Assembly: GCF_017591665.1 (NCBI RefSeq)
Contig: NZ_JAAKGC010000030.1
Coordinates: forward strand, 19,483 to 83,482
DNA from: Aetokthonos hydrillicola CCALA 1050
Lineage (GTDB): Bacteria > Cyanobacteriota > Cyanobacteriia > Cyanobacteriales > Nostocaceae
Direction of reading: 5' to 3'
DNA length: 64,000 bases
A program made the translations under genes and the position numbers. Below are positions 19,658 through 31,479 of the stretch, in pieces. How positions within the stretch are numbered: the stretch's first letter is position 1; the number at the start of each line of letters is the position of its first letter. Under the pieces are notes generated by a model. The model made no database searches and was not told the origin of the DNA. It was given only the letters and a program-made list of their open reading frames with translations.

Positions 19658-21442
19658 TTGTTAAAAAAAATTACGTTTGTTAGCTGGAAACTCTCTGTGT
19701 CGCAGCCGAAGACCACCAACCAGTCAAATGAGACTTACAATAACTCTCCTGACCAGAATACAGGAGAGGCATCTACTTTTTCAACTCAACCTTTTGAATT
19801 CGATTCTATAGAAACCGCTTTGGCAGATCTCAAAGCTGGTCGTGTCATTGTAGTTGTAGATGACGAAAATCGAGAAAATGAAGGTGACTTGATTTGCGCC
19901 GCTCAATTTGCTACCCCGGACACAATCAATTTTATGGCGGTGGAAGCACGAGGGTTAATTTGTCTGGCTATGATGGGCGATCGCCTAGATGAGCTAAACT
20001 TACCTTTGATGGTTAGTAACATTACAGACACTAACCAAACTGCTTTTACCGTTAGCATTGACGCAGGACCGCATTTAGGCGTAAGTACAGGAATATCCGC
20101 TGAAGATCGCGCTCGGACAATCCAAGTTGCAATCAACCCAGCTACAAAAGCTGATGATTTACGGCGTCCTGGTCACATTTTCCCAATTCGTGCTAAACAA
20201 GGTGGGGTACTCAAACGAGCAGGACACACAGAAGCGGCTGTGGATTTAGCTAGGCTGGCTGGTTTGTATCCTGCTGGTGTTATTTGTGAAATTCAAAACC
20301 GTGATGGTTCAATGGCAAGGCTGCCACAGTTGATCGAGTACGCCAAGTATCATAATCTAAAAATTATTAGCATTGCTGACTTAATTAGTTACCGACTTCA
20401 ACACGACCGGTTAATCCTGCGTGAAACTGTTGCAGAGCTACCAACTCAATTCGGTAATTTTAAAATCTACGCTTATCGTCACACTCTCGACAACACTGAA
20501 CACGTTGCAATTGTCAAGGGAGAACCGTCAGAATTCGATGACAATCCAGTGATGGTGCGGATGCACTCGGAATGCTTAACTGGAGATGCTTTGGGTTCTT
20601 TGCGTTGTGACTGTCGTATGCAGCTACAAGCAGCACTGAAAATGATTCAAAACGCTAATCAAGGTGTTGTGGTTTACCTGCGACAAGAAGGACGAGGTAT
20701 TGGACTGATTAATAAATTAAAAGCCTATTCTTTACAAGATATGGGGCTAGATACAGTAGAAGCAAACGAGCGTTTAGGATTTCCCGCTGATTTGCGAGAT
20801 TATGGGATGGGCGCACAAATGCTTATGGATTTAGGTGTCCACAAGATTCGTTTAATTACTAACAATCCTCGTAAAATTGCCGGTTTAAAAGGATACGGTT
20901 TAGAAGTTGTGGATCGTGTACCGTTGTTGATTGAATCGAATGATTACAATTCTTATTACCTAACAACAAAGGCAAATAAGCTCGGTCATATGCTGCTACA
21001 AACTTATCTTGTAACAGTAGCGCTCCATTGGGAAGATGATCCACAAGCAGTGACAGAACGGTATGAGCGTTTAGAGACGTTGCGGCACTTAGCAAAAACC
21101 CAGGATTTATTATTACAGGAAGAAGCTCGCCCGTTGGCGATCGCCTTATTTGATAAACCATCATTAACTGTACATTTAGGTTTTGACCAGCCTAAGTTAG
21201 CATCCCATGAGTGGTACGAAAACAATGGTCATCCTTATGTACAGGCGATCGTGCAGATTCTAGATAAGATAGCAAGTTTACCTTACGTTCACAAGCTAGA
21301 GTTTTTGCTTTCTCCTGGCGTTGATCCCCTCAGCAATTTACAAGTACAACTAGATAGGCAAACATTCCCTCCTGGTTTTTTGCCTTCGTCAATTTGCTGT
21401 GAGCATTTGCAAACACAGAAAATTTACAGCTTCGAGAAATAA
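19658..21442 (+). CDS. ribBA: Bifunctional 3,4-dihydroxy-2-butanone-4-phosphate synthase / GTP cyclohydrolase II with a cyanobacterial-type C-terminal extension
   Basis: RibB motifs ([21 protein letters not shown]) and RibA motifs ([22 protein letters not shown]). 594 aa as called; the true start may be internal. Confidence 0.93.
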   Translation: MLKKITFVSWKLSVSQPKTTNQSNETYNNSPDQNTGEASTFSTQPFEFDSIETALADLKAGRVIVVVDDENRENEGDLICAAQFATPDTINFMAVEARGLICLAMMGDRLDELNLPLMVSNITDTNQTAFTVSIDAGPHLGVSTGISAEDRARTIQVAINPATKADDLRRPGHIFPIRAKQGGVLKRAGHTEAAVDLARLAGLYPAGVICEIQNRDGSMARLPQLIEYAKYHNLKIISIADLISYRLQHDRLILRETVAELPTQFGNFKIYAYRHTLDNTEHVAIVKGEPSEFDDNPVMVRMHSECLTGDALGSLRCDCRMQLQAALKMIQNANQGVVVYLRQEGRGIGLINKLKAYSLQDMGLDTVEANERLGFPADLRDYGMGAQMLMDLGVHKIRLITNNPRKIAGLKGYGLEVVDRVPLLIESNDYNSYYLTTKANKLGHMLLQTYLVTVALHWEDDPQAVTERYERLETLRHLAKTQDLLLQEEARPLAIALFDKPSLTVHLGFDQPKLASHEWYENNGHPYVQAIVQILDKIASLPYVHKLEFLLSPGVDPLSNLQVQLDRQTFPPGFLPSSICCEHLQTQKIYSFEK

Positions 21443-21609
21443 CTGTTAGCTGTTTAGATCCTGTTACAGACTAACTTGCCAAGCAATACTTGGTCAATCA
21501 TTGTAAGGCTCTTTTATATCTCCGTACAGATAGTAACTAGAGCTACACAATGAAAGTCATTTGTAGTTGTTTTTATTTGATGAGAGTAATAGTAACTAAA
21601 AAAACTCGT

Positions 21610-22362
21610 CTAAATAGGGTCTGTAGTTTGTTGTAGTGGAAGCAAGGGCTCGTTGAGTAATTTTGTAGATTCCTTATCTAGATTTACATTCTCTGCTGTT
21701 AACAATTCTTTCCAATCAGTTTTTAACCCCTGATCATTAGGATGAGAGACAAGTTGCTGTGCTAGTGTACCAAGGCTATCTTGCCAAATACCAGCTTCTG
21801 CATAAATATTGACAAGCTCTTTTGCAGATGCATTTTTTAGCTTTGTTGCCAGTTGAGAGTCAGGGCTAATACGTCGAATTCCACCCTCGACCACTTTATC
21901 CTGAGAACGCTCTTTAGGATTGCAAATGACAGAGAAGAACCAACGGTACTGCTTGCCTGCCTCAAGAGAAGTTTGAGTCAGAGGTATACTGACAATTCCA
22001 CTCTTGCTAGTTGACTTATAGATTTGCTTAGCTAGGACAACTTGTTGGTCGTTATCTTGCACAACAAACTCTATTGTTGCAGAAGTTTGAGGAACATAGA
22101 AAAAGAAGACGGGTTTCGCTTGGGTTGTTAACACTATGTTCGATTTAGGAACTATAGCCACCAGATGTTCGTTTGGTGATAAACATTGTTGTTGTATCGA
22201 GCGTGAGCCCCCTGCTACACGCCTACCTGGTACTCCTAAACCATCGGGTGCTTTAAATATTATTCGGGCTTGTGCCGTTGTCCAAGGGACGAGAAAGGAC
22301 AAGCCGAAAATAACAGCTACGGACTTTAGCCAGAGTCGATTGTGTTGTGCAATAGTCTTCAT
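21610..22362 (-). CDS. Secreted hypothetical protein with a signal peptide, possibly DUF928-like
   Basis: 250 aa. The N-terminal hydrophobic signal is followed by AQA. It is adjacent to the TpsA-like gene. Confidence 0.5.
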   Translation of the reverse strand: MKTIAQHNRLWLKSVAVIFGLSFLVPWTTAQARIIFKAPDGLGVPGRRVAGGSRSIQQQCLSPNEHLVAIVPKSNIVLTTQAKPVFFFYVPQTSATIEFVVQDNDQQVVLAKQIYKSTSKSGIVSIPLTQTSLEAGKQYRWFFSVICNPKERSQDKVVEGGIRRISPDSQLATKLKNASAKELVNIYAEAGIWQDSLGTLAQQLVSHPNDQGLKTDWKELLTAENVNLDKESTKLLNEPLLPLQQTTDPI

Positions 22363-22710
22363 AAGAATAATGGTGCGGGGAAACCTGATTCAATGCATTT
22401 GAATAAGGAACCGCCCTCTCCATACTAGGTTGACAAAATGACGTGCATGAATATATATATAGTATACGAATGAAATCACCCAAATGGACGAAATTAGATC
22501 ACTCTAAAGTAGACATTTTTTTCCCAAAGTTCGTCATAGCCTGCTTTTACGGTAAAATCAAAATTTCTCATAACTTAACGTTTGGGTCAACTACGAGTAT
22601 TAGGCATCAGGCTTACTCTGTAACTGTCCAGTAGTAGTAGTGATATCTCCACCTCTGGGGGAGGAGTTTCCGGAAATGTTAGCAAATATTTCACTCCTAG
22701 AACGCTTAAC

Positions 22711-25542
22711 TTAACGTTTAGGGCAACTACTAGTATTAGGCAGAACCTTCTCAGAGGAATCAGCAATCAGTGTGACTTCTCCTTTGTTGTTGAACACCCA
22801 ACCCGTGGCAGGTACAATGGCGATGTGATCCTTTGTTTCTAAGGGAACCCTTCGACTAGAAAGACGCTGTGATTCGGATAGTTTTTGTAGGCTGACGATG
22901 TTAGGTAATCTATTATCAGACCAAATTGCATCACTGGTGAGTAGGTCATAAGGACTAGGAGGTAACCCACCACGTCCAGTAACCGTCAATTCATTAAATT
23001 TCGTTTGACTTGCAGTCGTGCAGCTAGTATCTACTAATCTAGAAGCCTCCACTACAACTGTAGGGAAAGTCATTAAACCTAAGCTTTGATCTATATCCGA
23101 CGTATTAAAAGTTACTGTACCAGCGCTATTATATTGAGAGCTAACATCAACGTCATTAGTTCTGTTTCCAAAGGTGGCTTGACCTTGAGTTAAACCAAAA
23201 ATTCGTCTTGAGGAGATTGTAATGTTACCTCCCCTACCTTGAGAAGCACTAGCAATAATATCACTATTTTGTAACAAAGGTGCAACGACAAAACCGTTCT
23301 TAGCATCAATCCTAATGTTACCTCCTTTGGCACCAGTATCAGGATTTGCTTTAGCAGAAATGCGACTCCCATTTTGCAATAATAATAAATCTAAACCTTG
23401 TAGGGTAATATTAGCTCCAGGATCAGAGCTATCTATTGCAGTTTCAGCCGTCAGATTTCCAGAGTTTAGACGAATCTCTTTAGCAGCGATCGTCAAATTA
23501 CCTGCTTGCCCACTAGGACTACTGACCGTCAGGCTTCCTGCCTTCTCAATTTGTAACTGTCCAGTAGTAATATTAATATCTCCACCTTTAGCTGTGGAAT
23601 TTCCGGAAGTGTTGGCAAATATTCCACTTGCAGAAGAGCGATTAGGATTTAGATCTGGGCGATTCTGAGCGCGCCTTATTGCATCAGCTTTAGCTTGTTC
23701 AGGAGTAAACCTAGGGGAGCCATCTCTGTTTCTTTGCCTCAAATTATTCTGAGTAAAATCATCAGCGATCAGGTTAAATACAGTAGATCTGTCTGGGTCG
23801 ACACCTGAGATGATAACACGGTCTTTAACGTTGAGATTGACATCACCTGCATTACCTGTACTAAAAGCAGTAGTGCTCAGTTGCCCACCACTAGTTAGCT
23901 CAAAAGTATTTGCAATAATAGTTATATTGCCACCGACAGCATTACTGCTACTTTCTGCTCTTAAAATTGCCCCATCCGATACACGTAAATTTTTGGTAGT
24001 AATGTTGATATCACCAGCGTTCGTACCTCTACTTGATTTCTCACTAGTCGTTGCTAACGTAGTGTATAAGTAAGTGCTAGCGCGATCATTATTGCCGCGT
24101 GGTATGAGTGGTGCTCTACCTGAAATTTCTACTTGATCTGTGCCGGTGATTTGAATACTACCGGAGTTTAGACCGCTAAATGCTCTGGAGGATATTTCTG
24201 CACCACCTGTAACAGAAACAGATCTTCCACTAATACTTATATCACCTGCATTGCCTAGGTTTGGATTAACCTGAGCACCTGGAGATCCCACACCTGTGGA
24301 GACTAAGCTATTTTGAAACGAGACTGAACCAGACAAAGATTTTACTGTGATGTTTCCAGAGTTTCCCCGTCTAAAAGCTGTACTTACAAGGGAACTGTTG
24401 TTTGCTAGTGAGATAGAGTTGTTTGCTTCAAGTGAAATATTTCCTGCATTTCCTCCAAAATTGCTGACATTCAAAAAAGAATCATTTAATGAGATATCGC
24501 CCTTGGCTGTGAGTGATATATCTCCGCTACCAAGACTGTTGCCATTACCTAAGGTGGAAATTACTGAAGTTACTTGCTTATCAGGGCCAGTAAGAAAAAT
24601 TGAGCCTGTGGCGTCTAAAGAGATATTTCCAGTACGTGCTTTCTGTCCAGAATTACTTGCATCTAGTGCAGTTGTACTTTGATTATTGATGGAAATATTA
24701 CCACCTTTAATATTAATGTCACCAGCGTTGCGCGCATTTTTAGGAGAAACAACTACCTGAGAATCATTGACCAGAAAAATATCTCCTCGCGTTATATTAT
24801 CAGAGATATTTAACTTAAGAATATTACCATTTATCCCCAGTCCCACAGTTCCTGCACCTGTCACACTTGCAAGTTCTATTTGTCCACTTGGTGCAGATAA
24901 TTTTGTGCCATCTAAAGTCAGATTTCCTCCTAGCAATAATAAACTCTGACCTTCTAAAACGCTTAAGTTACTACCTGAATTCGTACTAATCGGTTGTGGC
25001 GGTCTGAGGGAAGATAAAAAACCGCTAGGATCGCCAACTAAAGTGAGTAAACTACTAGGACCACCGGGATTAGTTGCACTAAACTGACCTCCATTCGACC
25101 ACACCAATCCATCTAGCGTTGTAGCGACAAAAGAACCCCTAGTGGTACTGCCTATATTTAATCTTGCATTTTGTCCAAAGACGATACCACTGGGATTGAT
25201 CAAGAACAGATTCACATTTCCTGCGGAAATTAAACCATCGATTGTAGAGCGAGAACGACCAGTAACTCGTGATATGATATTTTGGATGTTCACACCGCTT
25301 TGAAAAGTTGCCGTCTCACCTGTGTTGAGGTTGAAACGTCCAAAGCTGTGAAATAAATTATTGCCTACCGTTTGACCGTCTGTTTGTTGGATAGTGTATC
25401 TAGGACCATTTAGGCTTCTCGCCGCACCAAGGGTTCCATCTAAGGTAATGCTTTGCGCAAAAACACATTGGCTGGTGGAAGCGATCGCTCCTCCTATAAC
25501 AAACGCAAGCCTTAAACTCAATCGCATCCACCCTTCTACCAT
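22711..25542 (-). CDS. Filamentous haemagglutinin N-terminal (TPS) domain exoprotein, TpsA-like, with beta-helical repeats
   Basis: 943 aa with a signal peptide. It carries the NPSGIVFGQNARLNIGS TPS-domain motif and is a long Gly/Asn/Ser-rich repetitive beta-helix. Confidence 0.8.
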   Translation of the reverse strand: MVEGWMRLSLRLAFVIGGAIASTSQCVFAQSITLDGTLGAARSLNGPRYTIQQTDGQTVGNNLFHSFGRFNLNTGETATFQSGVNIQNIISRVTGRSRSTIDGLISAGNVNLFLINPSGIVFGQNARLNIGSTTRGSFVATTLDGLVWSNGGQFSATNPGGPSSLLTLVGDPSGFLSSLRPPQPISTNSGSNLSVLEGQSLLLLGGNLTLDGTKLSAPSGQIELASVTGAGTVGLGINGNILKLNISDNITRGDIFLVNDSQVVVSPKNARNAGDINIKGGNISINNQSTTALDASNSGQKARTGNISLDATGSIFLTGPDKQVTSVISTLGNGNSLGSGDISLTAKGDISLNDSFLNVSNFGGNAGNISLEANNSISLANNSSLVSTAFRRGNSGNITVKSLSGSVSFQNSLVSTGVGSPGAQVNPNLGNAGDISISGRSVSVTGGAEISSRAFSGLNSGSIQITGTDQVEISGRAPLIPRGNNDRASTYLYTTLATTSEKSSRGTNAGDINITTKNLRVSDGAILRAESSSNAVGGNITIIANTFELTSGGQLSTTAFSTGNAGDVNLNVKDRVIISGVDPDRSTVFNLIADDFTQNNLRQRNRDGSPRFTPEQAKADAIRRAQNRPDLNPNRSSASGIFANTSGNSTAKGGDINITTGQLQIEKAGSLTVSSPSGQAGNLTIAAKEIRLNSGNLTAETAIDSSDPGANITLQGLDLLLLQNGSRISAKANPDTGAKGGNIRIDAKNGFVVAPLLQNSDIIASASQGRGGNITISSRRIFGLTQGQATFGNRTNDVDVSSQYNSAGTVTFNTSDIDQSLGLMTFPTVVVEASRLVDTSCTTASQTKFNELTVTGRGGLPPSPYDLLTSDAIWSDNRLPNIVSLQKLSESQRLSSRRVPLETKDHIAIVPATGWVFNNKGEVTLIADSSEKVLPNTSSCPKR

Positions 25543-26542
25543 ATTTAACCGCTTTAGGTATAACTGCTGCTTACAATCTCTGTTTACAGTTTATTTGTAG
25601 TTGTGACTTTTGTTGTGTTACAAATTGTGAACGTTTCCATAAAGCAATTTGTGATTTTTGTCAATTCCCTTTTTTGCAAAAAAGATTACTTAAAAGAAGG
25701 ATTTAATTTTTCTTTTTATGTGCAAAAATTTACATGCGTATTTCATGACAATTTACCTGTCAAATTCATTGACTTGTTATTACCACTTGCGTTATTCTTT
25801 CTCATAATGAGATAGACCCCAGAGTATGTATAGTTGCACTGGGGTCTTAATGGTTTTCCTGAAATAGTTTGCCGACTGAATATCAGGAAATTAGATATCA
25901 CAGCAGCCGAAGGACTGTTTGTTCTAGCATGTCAAACTCCAACTACAAAAGCAAAGCTTTAGAAATCTTGACGACAGGCCTAGCACTATAGAGTACGTAT
26001 TATGAGGGCCGTCGTTTGACAATTGTAACATGAACTATTTTATGAGGTGGGGCGCAATCTACCACGGCCCTCGTTAAAAGTAAGAAGTCTTTGTGCAGCA
26101 AGTAGTGAGATAGAAACCAAAAAATCACAATTAACCCCATCCTCATTGAGTTCCCATAACAGTCATGATTTGTGAGAATTGTAAGAAGCACTATGATGAC
26201 CTAAATACTAGAATTGTGCATAAGCTTTTCAATACCAGCATATTAGTAATTTTGGTCGTAATTTTTACCCTATTTGCAACTCATACTATATTGGGTGAAT
26301 ATTATCCTTCCCAGGATCAAAAACCACCTAGTGGTTACACTGACTCATCAGGAGTCAGATGAAGGTAGTCTGCGTTGACTTCCGAAATTTATGCAACAAC
26401 AAGTGTAGTATTATATTCAGTTCTGCCTCATATCTAATAGGGCTTTTCCAGGGTTGGCTATTCTACCTGTTCTCTATAGAGAACAGGTAGAATGCCTAGT
26501 ATATAAAACTCGGAACTTAAAAACATAGAGAAGCCAAAAGCA

Positions 26543-29500
26543 ATGATTAGTCAAGTTTCAGAGAAAAAGATGCATCTCGTCAGGTGGCTGCTGGCGATTG
26601 GCTGGCTGACATTAATAGCGTCGTTGTTTTACGATCCGATTTCCACGTGGTTGACAGATCCCAATCATGAATTTAGTCCGTTTCATCTGAACCTATCACA
26701 TTGTGTAAAAGTGCAAGGAGCGTGCCTACCACAAAAAACATATGGCATGGGAGCAACAATATTCTGGGCAGTAGTTCTACCAATAGGGATCATGACACTG
26801 CTAGTGTTCGGTCATGAATTTTGGCGCAGGATTTGCCCATTGTACTTCTTCTCGCAAATTCCCCGCTCGCTGGGCATCCAGCGTAAAAGAAAAATTACCA
26901 ACCCAAATACTAATACGATTCATTACGAATTAGCAGGGGTAGATAAAGAATCTTGGTTAGGTCGCAATTATTTATTTTTGCAACTGGGTTTGTTTTACCT
27001 GGGTTTGAATATCCGGATTTTGTTTGTCAATGGCGATCGCACAGCCATGGGCATCTTCTTCTTATTGACAATTGGTGCAGCCATTAGTATTGGCTTTTTA
27101 TATAAAGGAAAAAGCTGGTGTCAATACTTTTGCCCAATGGCACCAGTAGAAATGTTTTATACAGGACCAAAGGGTTTACTAGGAAGCGAAGCACACCTCC
27201 AGCCACCGCAAAGCATCACCCAGTCAACCTGTAGAACAGTAGACGATTCGGGCAAAGAAAAGAGTGCCTGCGTAAGTTGTCAATCGCCTTGTATAGATAT
27301 TGATGCAGAACGCTCCTATTGGGAAGGAATCACAAGACTCGACCAAAAACTGGTCTTTTATTGTTACTTCGGCTTGATGTTAGGATTTTACGTATTCTAC
27401 TTCTTGTATGCTGGTAACTGGGACTACTATTACTCAGGAGCGTGGGCTCATGAAGAAGGGCAGTTAAGCACCTTATTCAAACCAGGATTTTACATATTCG
27501 ATCAAGCAATTCCAATTCCCAAGATTGTAGCAGCACCGTTAACCCTAGCAGTGTTCGCTGCTCTGAGCTTGATAGTCTGTCAGCTTCTAGAAAACGCTTA
27601 TAGAGGCTACCTCGAAAGGAAAAACAAATACTTAAACGAAGAACAAGTGTTGCACGTTTGCTTCATGATATGTACGTTTATCTCTTTCAACGTGTTCTTC
27701 TTGTTTGGCGATCGCCTGAATGTTGACTTGTTACCCAGTTGGGTGATTATTATCTATAATGCCGTAATTGTGGCATTGAGCAGCTCATGGCTATATCGCA
27801 GTATAGGAAGAAGCAAAGAGAGATATTCCAGAGAAAGTCTAGCAGGTAGTCTCAGAAGACAGTTGAACAAACTACCAGTAGACTGGTCCAAGTTGCTAGA
27901 AGGACGCTCATTGCAAGATCTACTGCCAGAACAAATCTACGTATTAGCAAAAGTACTACCAGGGGTGAACCGTGCAGACAGAGTACGAGTCTATAAAGGA
28001 GTATTACGAGAAGCATTAGCAGAGGGAAATATAGATTCAGCAGAGAGTTTAGAAGTCCTCAAGGATACGCGAAAAGAATTAAACTTAAGCGATGAGGAAC
28101 ATTACTCTGTGTTAACGGAAGTAGGGTTAGAAGACGTCAGCTTACTAGATCCACAAAAGCAACTCACTCGGGAAAACAGATTGCGCATAGAAAGCTATCG
28201 ACGTGGATTAGAATTATTAATTTTAGAACTGGTTGAAAGTGGGACACCCTTAGCTGAAGTAATGAAGCGTAAGCAAAAGCAAATTATCGCTTTGAGACAG
28301 GAGTACGCAATCACTACAGAAGAACAAGAACAAATCCTAGCAGAAATGTTTAATCAAGACGGACCACTGTTGCGGACAGCAGCCGTCTTGTTAGGACAGT
28401 TACAAGATTTAGCTGTAAGTAGTCAAATCCTGTACAACTCAGCACCAAATCCGCAAGCACCAGTTTTTGTTTTTCTGAGAACAGCCGTCAAAGAGAAGGA
28501 AAAACTCATTGCAATCCAGTTATCCAGCATTTTAGAAATGCTGGGAGATACTTCTGAAGCCGTCAACATTGCTCGTGCAATGGGTGTATTAGCAGCCAAT
28601 GTAATTGGGGAAATTTTGCAATCTGAGGATGAGTCTGTAAACTGGAATAAGCGTCTGTCTCCAAGAATCATTGCTTCATTACAACAAACTTTCCATTCAA
28701 CAGAGTCTCTCCAATTATCAACCAACCTTGGGTTCATCACTACTGATTTTAATCAGCAATTAACAACAAGTAGTCCAGATGAATTGATAACGCAACTAGG
28801 TGGTAAGCAAGCATCGACACCAAACGCACTTAATGATGTTTTGCTAAAGCTAATACAAGATATAGATCCCCTAGTGCAAGCAGCTAGTCTTTATGCTTTG
28901 GATCAAAATAATCCTTCTGTTGGCTTTCAACAAGCTAATCAGATACTCAATACCAAGCAAAATAAAGATTGGCTTTTACAAGAAACAGCCGAACAAATTC
29001 TTGGTCAAAATCCCCAGCAAACACAGGGGACAAAGGTACCAACTCTGATTGCACAAGTCAGAGTGATGGGAAAGACACAAACCCGGATGTTTCAGCAGCC
29101 AACAATTCAAGTTGGACGAGGACGCGAGAATGATATCGTGATTTTGGATAACCGTGTTTCTCGACAGCATGCAATCTTTTATCTTGACGAGAAAGGCCTT
29201 AGCGTCAAAGATTTAGGAAGCAGTAATGGTGTAAGTGTTGGCAAGGAATATATTCAAAACCAGCAAAAGCAATTAAAATCGGGAGATTTTGTCCGGTTTA
29301 CCAGTGGAGATGATTTAGTCATCCACGTGCAGTGGGAACTACGACCAATGCAAGTACAAACAGTTACAGAATATGTATCAACGCTAGAAAAGCTGTTTTG
29401 GCTTTACAGCAGTAGCTTTTTCCAAGGGCTGAACCCAAATGTTTTAATTGAACTAGCTCGAAATTCTTGTGTGCGAGTTTATCGTCCTCACGAAGAAATC

Positions 29501-29809
29501 TGCAAACTAGGAAAACCTGCTGTTGAACTGATAGTGATCATTGATGGTGAAGCAACTGCATTTTCGATTAATACAACGCAGGCTCGAACTATTCTACCAG
29601 GGGAAACAATAGGTGAACTAGATGTGCTAACCCATAGCAATTATTCAGCAACAGTAGCAGCAGGAGAAAGAACTAAGTCTTTAGCTATCAGTGCCAAAGA
29701 CATTGAGAGAATGCTCTCGTCTAACTCACTTCTTTCGAGAAATCTCTTGAAAATTGTCACCAATCGCTTACAGCAAAATATAGCACAAACATCCGTCACT
29801 CGAATATAA
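26543..29809 (+). CDS. Large membrane protein with a Cys-rich N-terminal polytopic domain, an FHA domain and a C-terminal cyclic-nucleotide-binding domain
   Basis: 1088 aa. The N-terminal transmembrane region has CPLYFF/CQYFCPMAP/CVSCQSPC cysteine clusters. The FHA core is VGRGRENDIVILDNRVSRQHAIF...GSSNGVSV. The cNMP-binding-like C-terminus includes GETIGELDVL. Confidence 0.6.
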   Translation: MISQVSEKKMHLVRWLLAIGWLTLIASLFYDPISTWLTDPNHEFSPFHLNLSHCVKVQGACLPQKTYGMGATIFWAVVLPIGIMTLLVFGHEFWRRICPLYFFSQIPRSLGIQRKRKITNPNTNTIHYELAGVDKESWLGRNYLFLQLGLFYLGLNIRILFVNGDRTAMGIFFLLTIGAAISIGFLYKGKSWCQYFCPMAPVEMFYTGPKGLLGSEAHLQPPQSITQSTCRTVDDSGKEKSACVSCQSPCIDIDAERSYWEGITRLDQKLVFYCYFGLMLGFYVFYFLYAGNWDYYYSGAWAHEEGQLSTLFKPGFYIFDQAIPIPKIVAAPLTLAVFAALSLIVCQLLENAYRGYLERKNKYLNEEQVLHVCFMICTFISFNVFFLFGDRLNVDLLPSWVIIIYNAVIVALSSSWLYRSIGRSKERYSRESLAGSLRRQLNKLPVDWSKLLEGRSLQDLLPEQIYVLAKVLPGVNRADRVRVYKGVLREALAEGNIDSAESLEVLKDTRKELNLSDEEHYSVLTEVGLEDVSLLDPQKQLTRENRLRIESYRRGLELLILELVESGTPLAEVMKRKQKQIIALRQEYAITTEEQEQILAEMFNQDGPLLRTAAVLLGQLQDLAVSSQILYNSAPNPQAPVFVFLRTAVKEKEKLIAIQLSSILEMLGDTSEAVNIARAMGVLAANVIGEILQSEDESVNWNKRLSPRIIASLQQTFHSTESLQLSTNLGFITTDFNQQLTTSSPDELITQLGGKQASTPNALNDVLLKLIQDIDPLVQAASLYALDQNNPSVGFQQANQILNTKQNKDWLLQETAEQILGQNPQQTQGTKVPTLIAQVRVMGKTQTRMFQQPTIQVGRGRENDIVILDNRVSRQHAIFYLDEKGLSVKDLGSSNGVSVGKEYIQNQQKQLKSGDFVRFTSGDDLVIHVQWELRPMQVQTVTEYVSTLEKLFWLYSSSFFQGLNPNVLIELARNSCVRVYRPHEEICKLGKPAVELIVIIDGEATAFSINTTQARTILPGETIGELDVLTHSNYSATVAAGERTKSLAISAKDIERMLSSNSLLSRNLLKIVTNRLQQNIAQTSVTRI

Positions 29810-29877
29810 AGATTTATAGATTGACATGGACGACATGTCCGTCTCAATCTATAAATCTATAAAATGTCTCTACCAGT

Positions 29878-31248
29878 ATGTTGAAAATCAAAATAATTGA
29901 TCCGCAAAAGCCAAATCAAGTACAAGAAGTAGATTTAAATCCAGAAAATATGCTCAACCATGAGTGCTTGATTGGTCGGTTTACAAACTGTGATTTAGTT
30001 TTAGATAGTGGGGAGATCAGCAGAATGCACGGGAAAATTTGTTACAAGGAGGAAAATTATTATTTTGCGGATCTTGGTAGCAGATGTGGTTCTCGGATTA
30101 ACGGTGAAAATATCCAAATCAATCAAGATTATCCCCTCAAACCCCAGGATATGATTCAAATTGGTCGGTTTTTCTTGATGATTTTGGACTTTGGTTCAGA
30201 GAATAAAGAAAACGTATTACAGGAAGAGACAACAATAGTAGAAAAAAAAGAAGTCCAATCCAAGACTCAGGAAATTGTAGAACCAGTTGCCAAATCTCCC
30301 TATGTGTCTCCTGAAGAATATATGCCATTGGCGAAGGTAGAACCTTCACAACTGCAACGTTGGATCAAGGGAGAATTAACAGTTCGTTGTATTGATATTA
30401 TTGATGAAACTCACGATGTGAAAACTTTTCGCTTCGTGGCTGATCCTCCTGTTTTGTTCACCTACAAGCCTGGTCAGTTTGTCTCCTTCAATCTCCAAAT
30501 TAATGGTGAAGATATCTCACGATCTTACTCGATCTCCTCAACCCCTTCACGTCCACATACCTTAGAAGTCACTGTTAAACGTGTTCCTCTTCCCCCCAAT
30601 TCTGGCTCTGAAATCTCAAGAAATTTGGTTTCTAACTGGCTGCATGAAAATGTCACTGTTGGTTCTAAAATCAAGTTGGATGGTCCACTGGGTAAGTTTA
30701 CCTGCTTTGCTCACCCTAGCCAAAAGCTGTTGTTTATTTCAGCCGGTAGTGGTATAACACCAATGATGTCGATGTCTCGGTGGCTGTGTGATACAGGAGC
30801 TAATTGCGATATTGTCTTTTTCCACTTCGCCCGCTCTCCTCGTGATATCATTTTTCGGCAAGAATTAGAACTTATGTCCGCAAGGCATACCAATTTTCAT
30901 CTAGCAATCTCTATTACTCGGAAGGAGCGAGGTCATAGCTGGATGAGTTTAACTGGTAGGCTGGATGCTAATATGTTACAAGTTGTTGCACCAGATTTTC
31001 GCGATCGCACTGTCTACGTCTGCGGACCAGATACTTTCATGGAAAGTGTTAACCTGATAATGGAAAGCATGGGTTTTCCTCTGGAGAACTACTATGAGGA
31101 AAGCTTTGGTTCTCCAGGGAAGAAGTCTAAACTGGCTAGCAATACACCTAGTCAGCAAGTCACACCTAACGTGCAACAGCCAAGTTTAAAAGACATCTTC
31201 AGGAATTTACCGACAGAGGATCCTTCTCAATCCCCTGTAGAAAGCTAA
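29878..31248 (+). CDS. FHA domain fused to a ferredoxin-NADP reductase-like FAD/NAD(P)-binding oxidoreductase domain
   Basis: 456 aa. The N-terminal FHA is LIGRFTNCDLVLDSGEISRMHGKI...GSRCGSRING. It is followed by RSYSISS (the RxYS FAD motif), ISAGSGITPMMS and YVCGP (NAD(P)-binding). Confidence 0.65.
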   Translation: MLKIKIIDPQKPNQVQEVDLNPENMLNHECLIGRFTNCDLVLDSGEISRMHGKICYKEENYYFADLGSRCGSRINGENIQINQDYPLKPQDMIQIGRFFLMILDFGSENKENVLQEETTIVEKKEVQSKTQEIVEPVAKSPYVSPEEYMPLAKVEPSQLQRWIKGELTVRCIDIIDETHDVKTFRFVADPPVLFTYKPGQFVSFNLQINGEDISRSYSISSTPSRPHTLEVTVKRVPLPPNSGSEISRNLVSNWLHENVTVGSKIKLDGPLGKFTCFAHPSQKLLFISAGSGITPMMSMSRWLCDTGANCDIVFFHFARSPRDIIFRQELELMSARHTNFHLAISITRKERGHSWMSLTGRLDANMLQVVAPDFRDRTVYVCGPDTFMESVNLIMESMGFPLENYYEESFGSPGKKSKLASNTPSQQVTPNVQQPSLKDIFRNLPTEDPSQSPVES

Positions 31249-31479
31249 CCTGAGCCTACTGTACAAATTGCTAATAACACTCAAACTGCTGTGGCCTTCT
31301 CTAAATCAGGGAAAGAAGTTCCCACAGATGGTGAAGAACTAGTAGAGGTAGGTGGAAATAAAGGTACCATCTAAAATAGGTAAAAAGCTCGCAGGATAAA
31401 ACTCTTTTTTTTTACTTTTACCTTGTTTTACTTGCCGCTTTTCATCACAATTCCAACAAACTTGAAAGTTATAATTTAG

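Noticed and set aside
23190-24949. Five ORFs (60-117 aa) on the + strand inside the TpsA-like gene
   Set aside because: Antisense ORFs in a low-complexity repetitive gene, an expected artefact.
25543-26540. Small ORFs (63-70 aa) in the divergent intergenic region between the TpsA-like gene and the FHA/cNMP gene
   Set aside because: AT-rich promoter region. No motifs or ribosome-binding sites support the ORFs.
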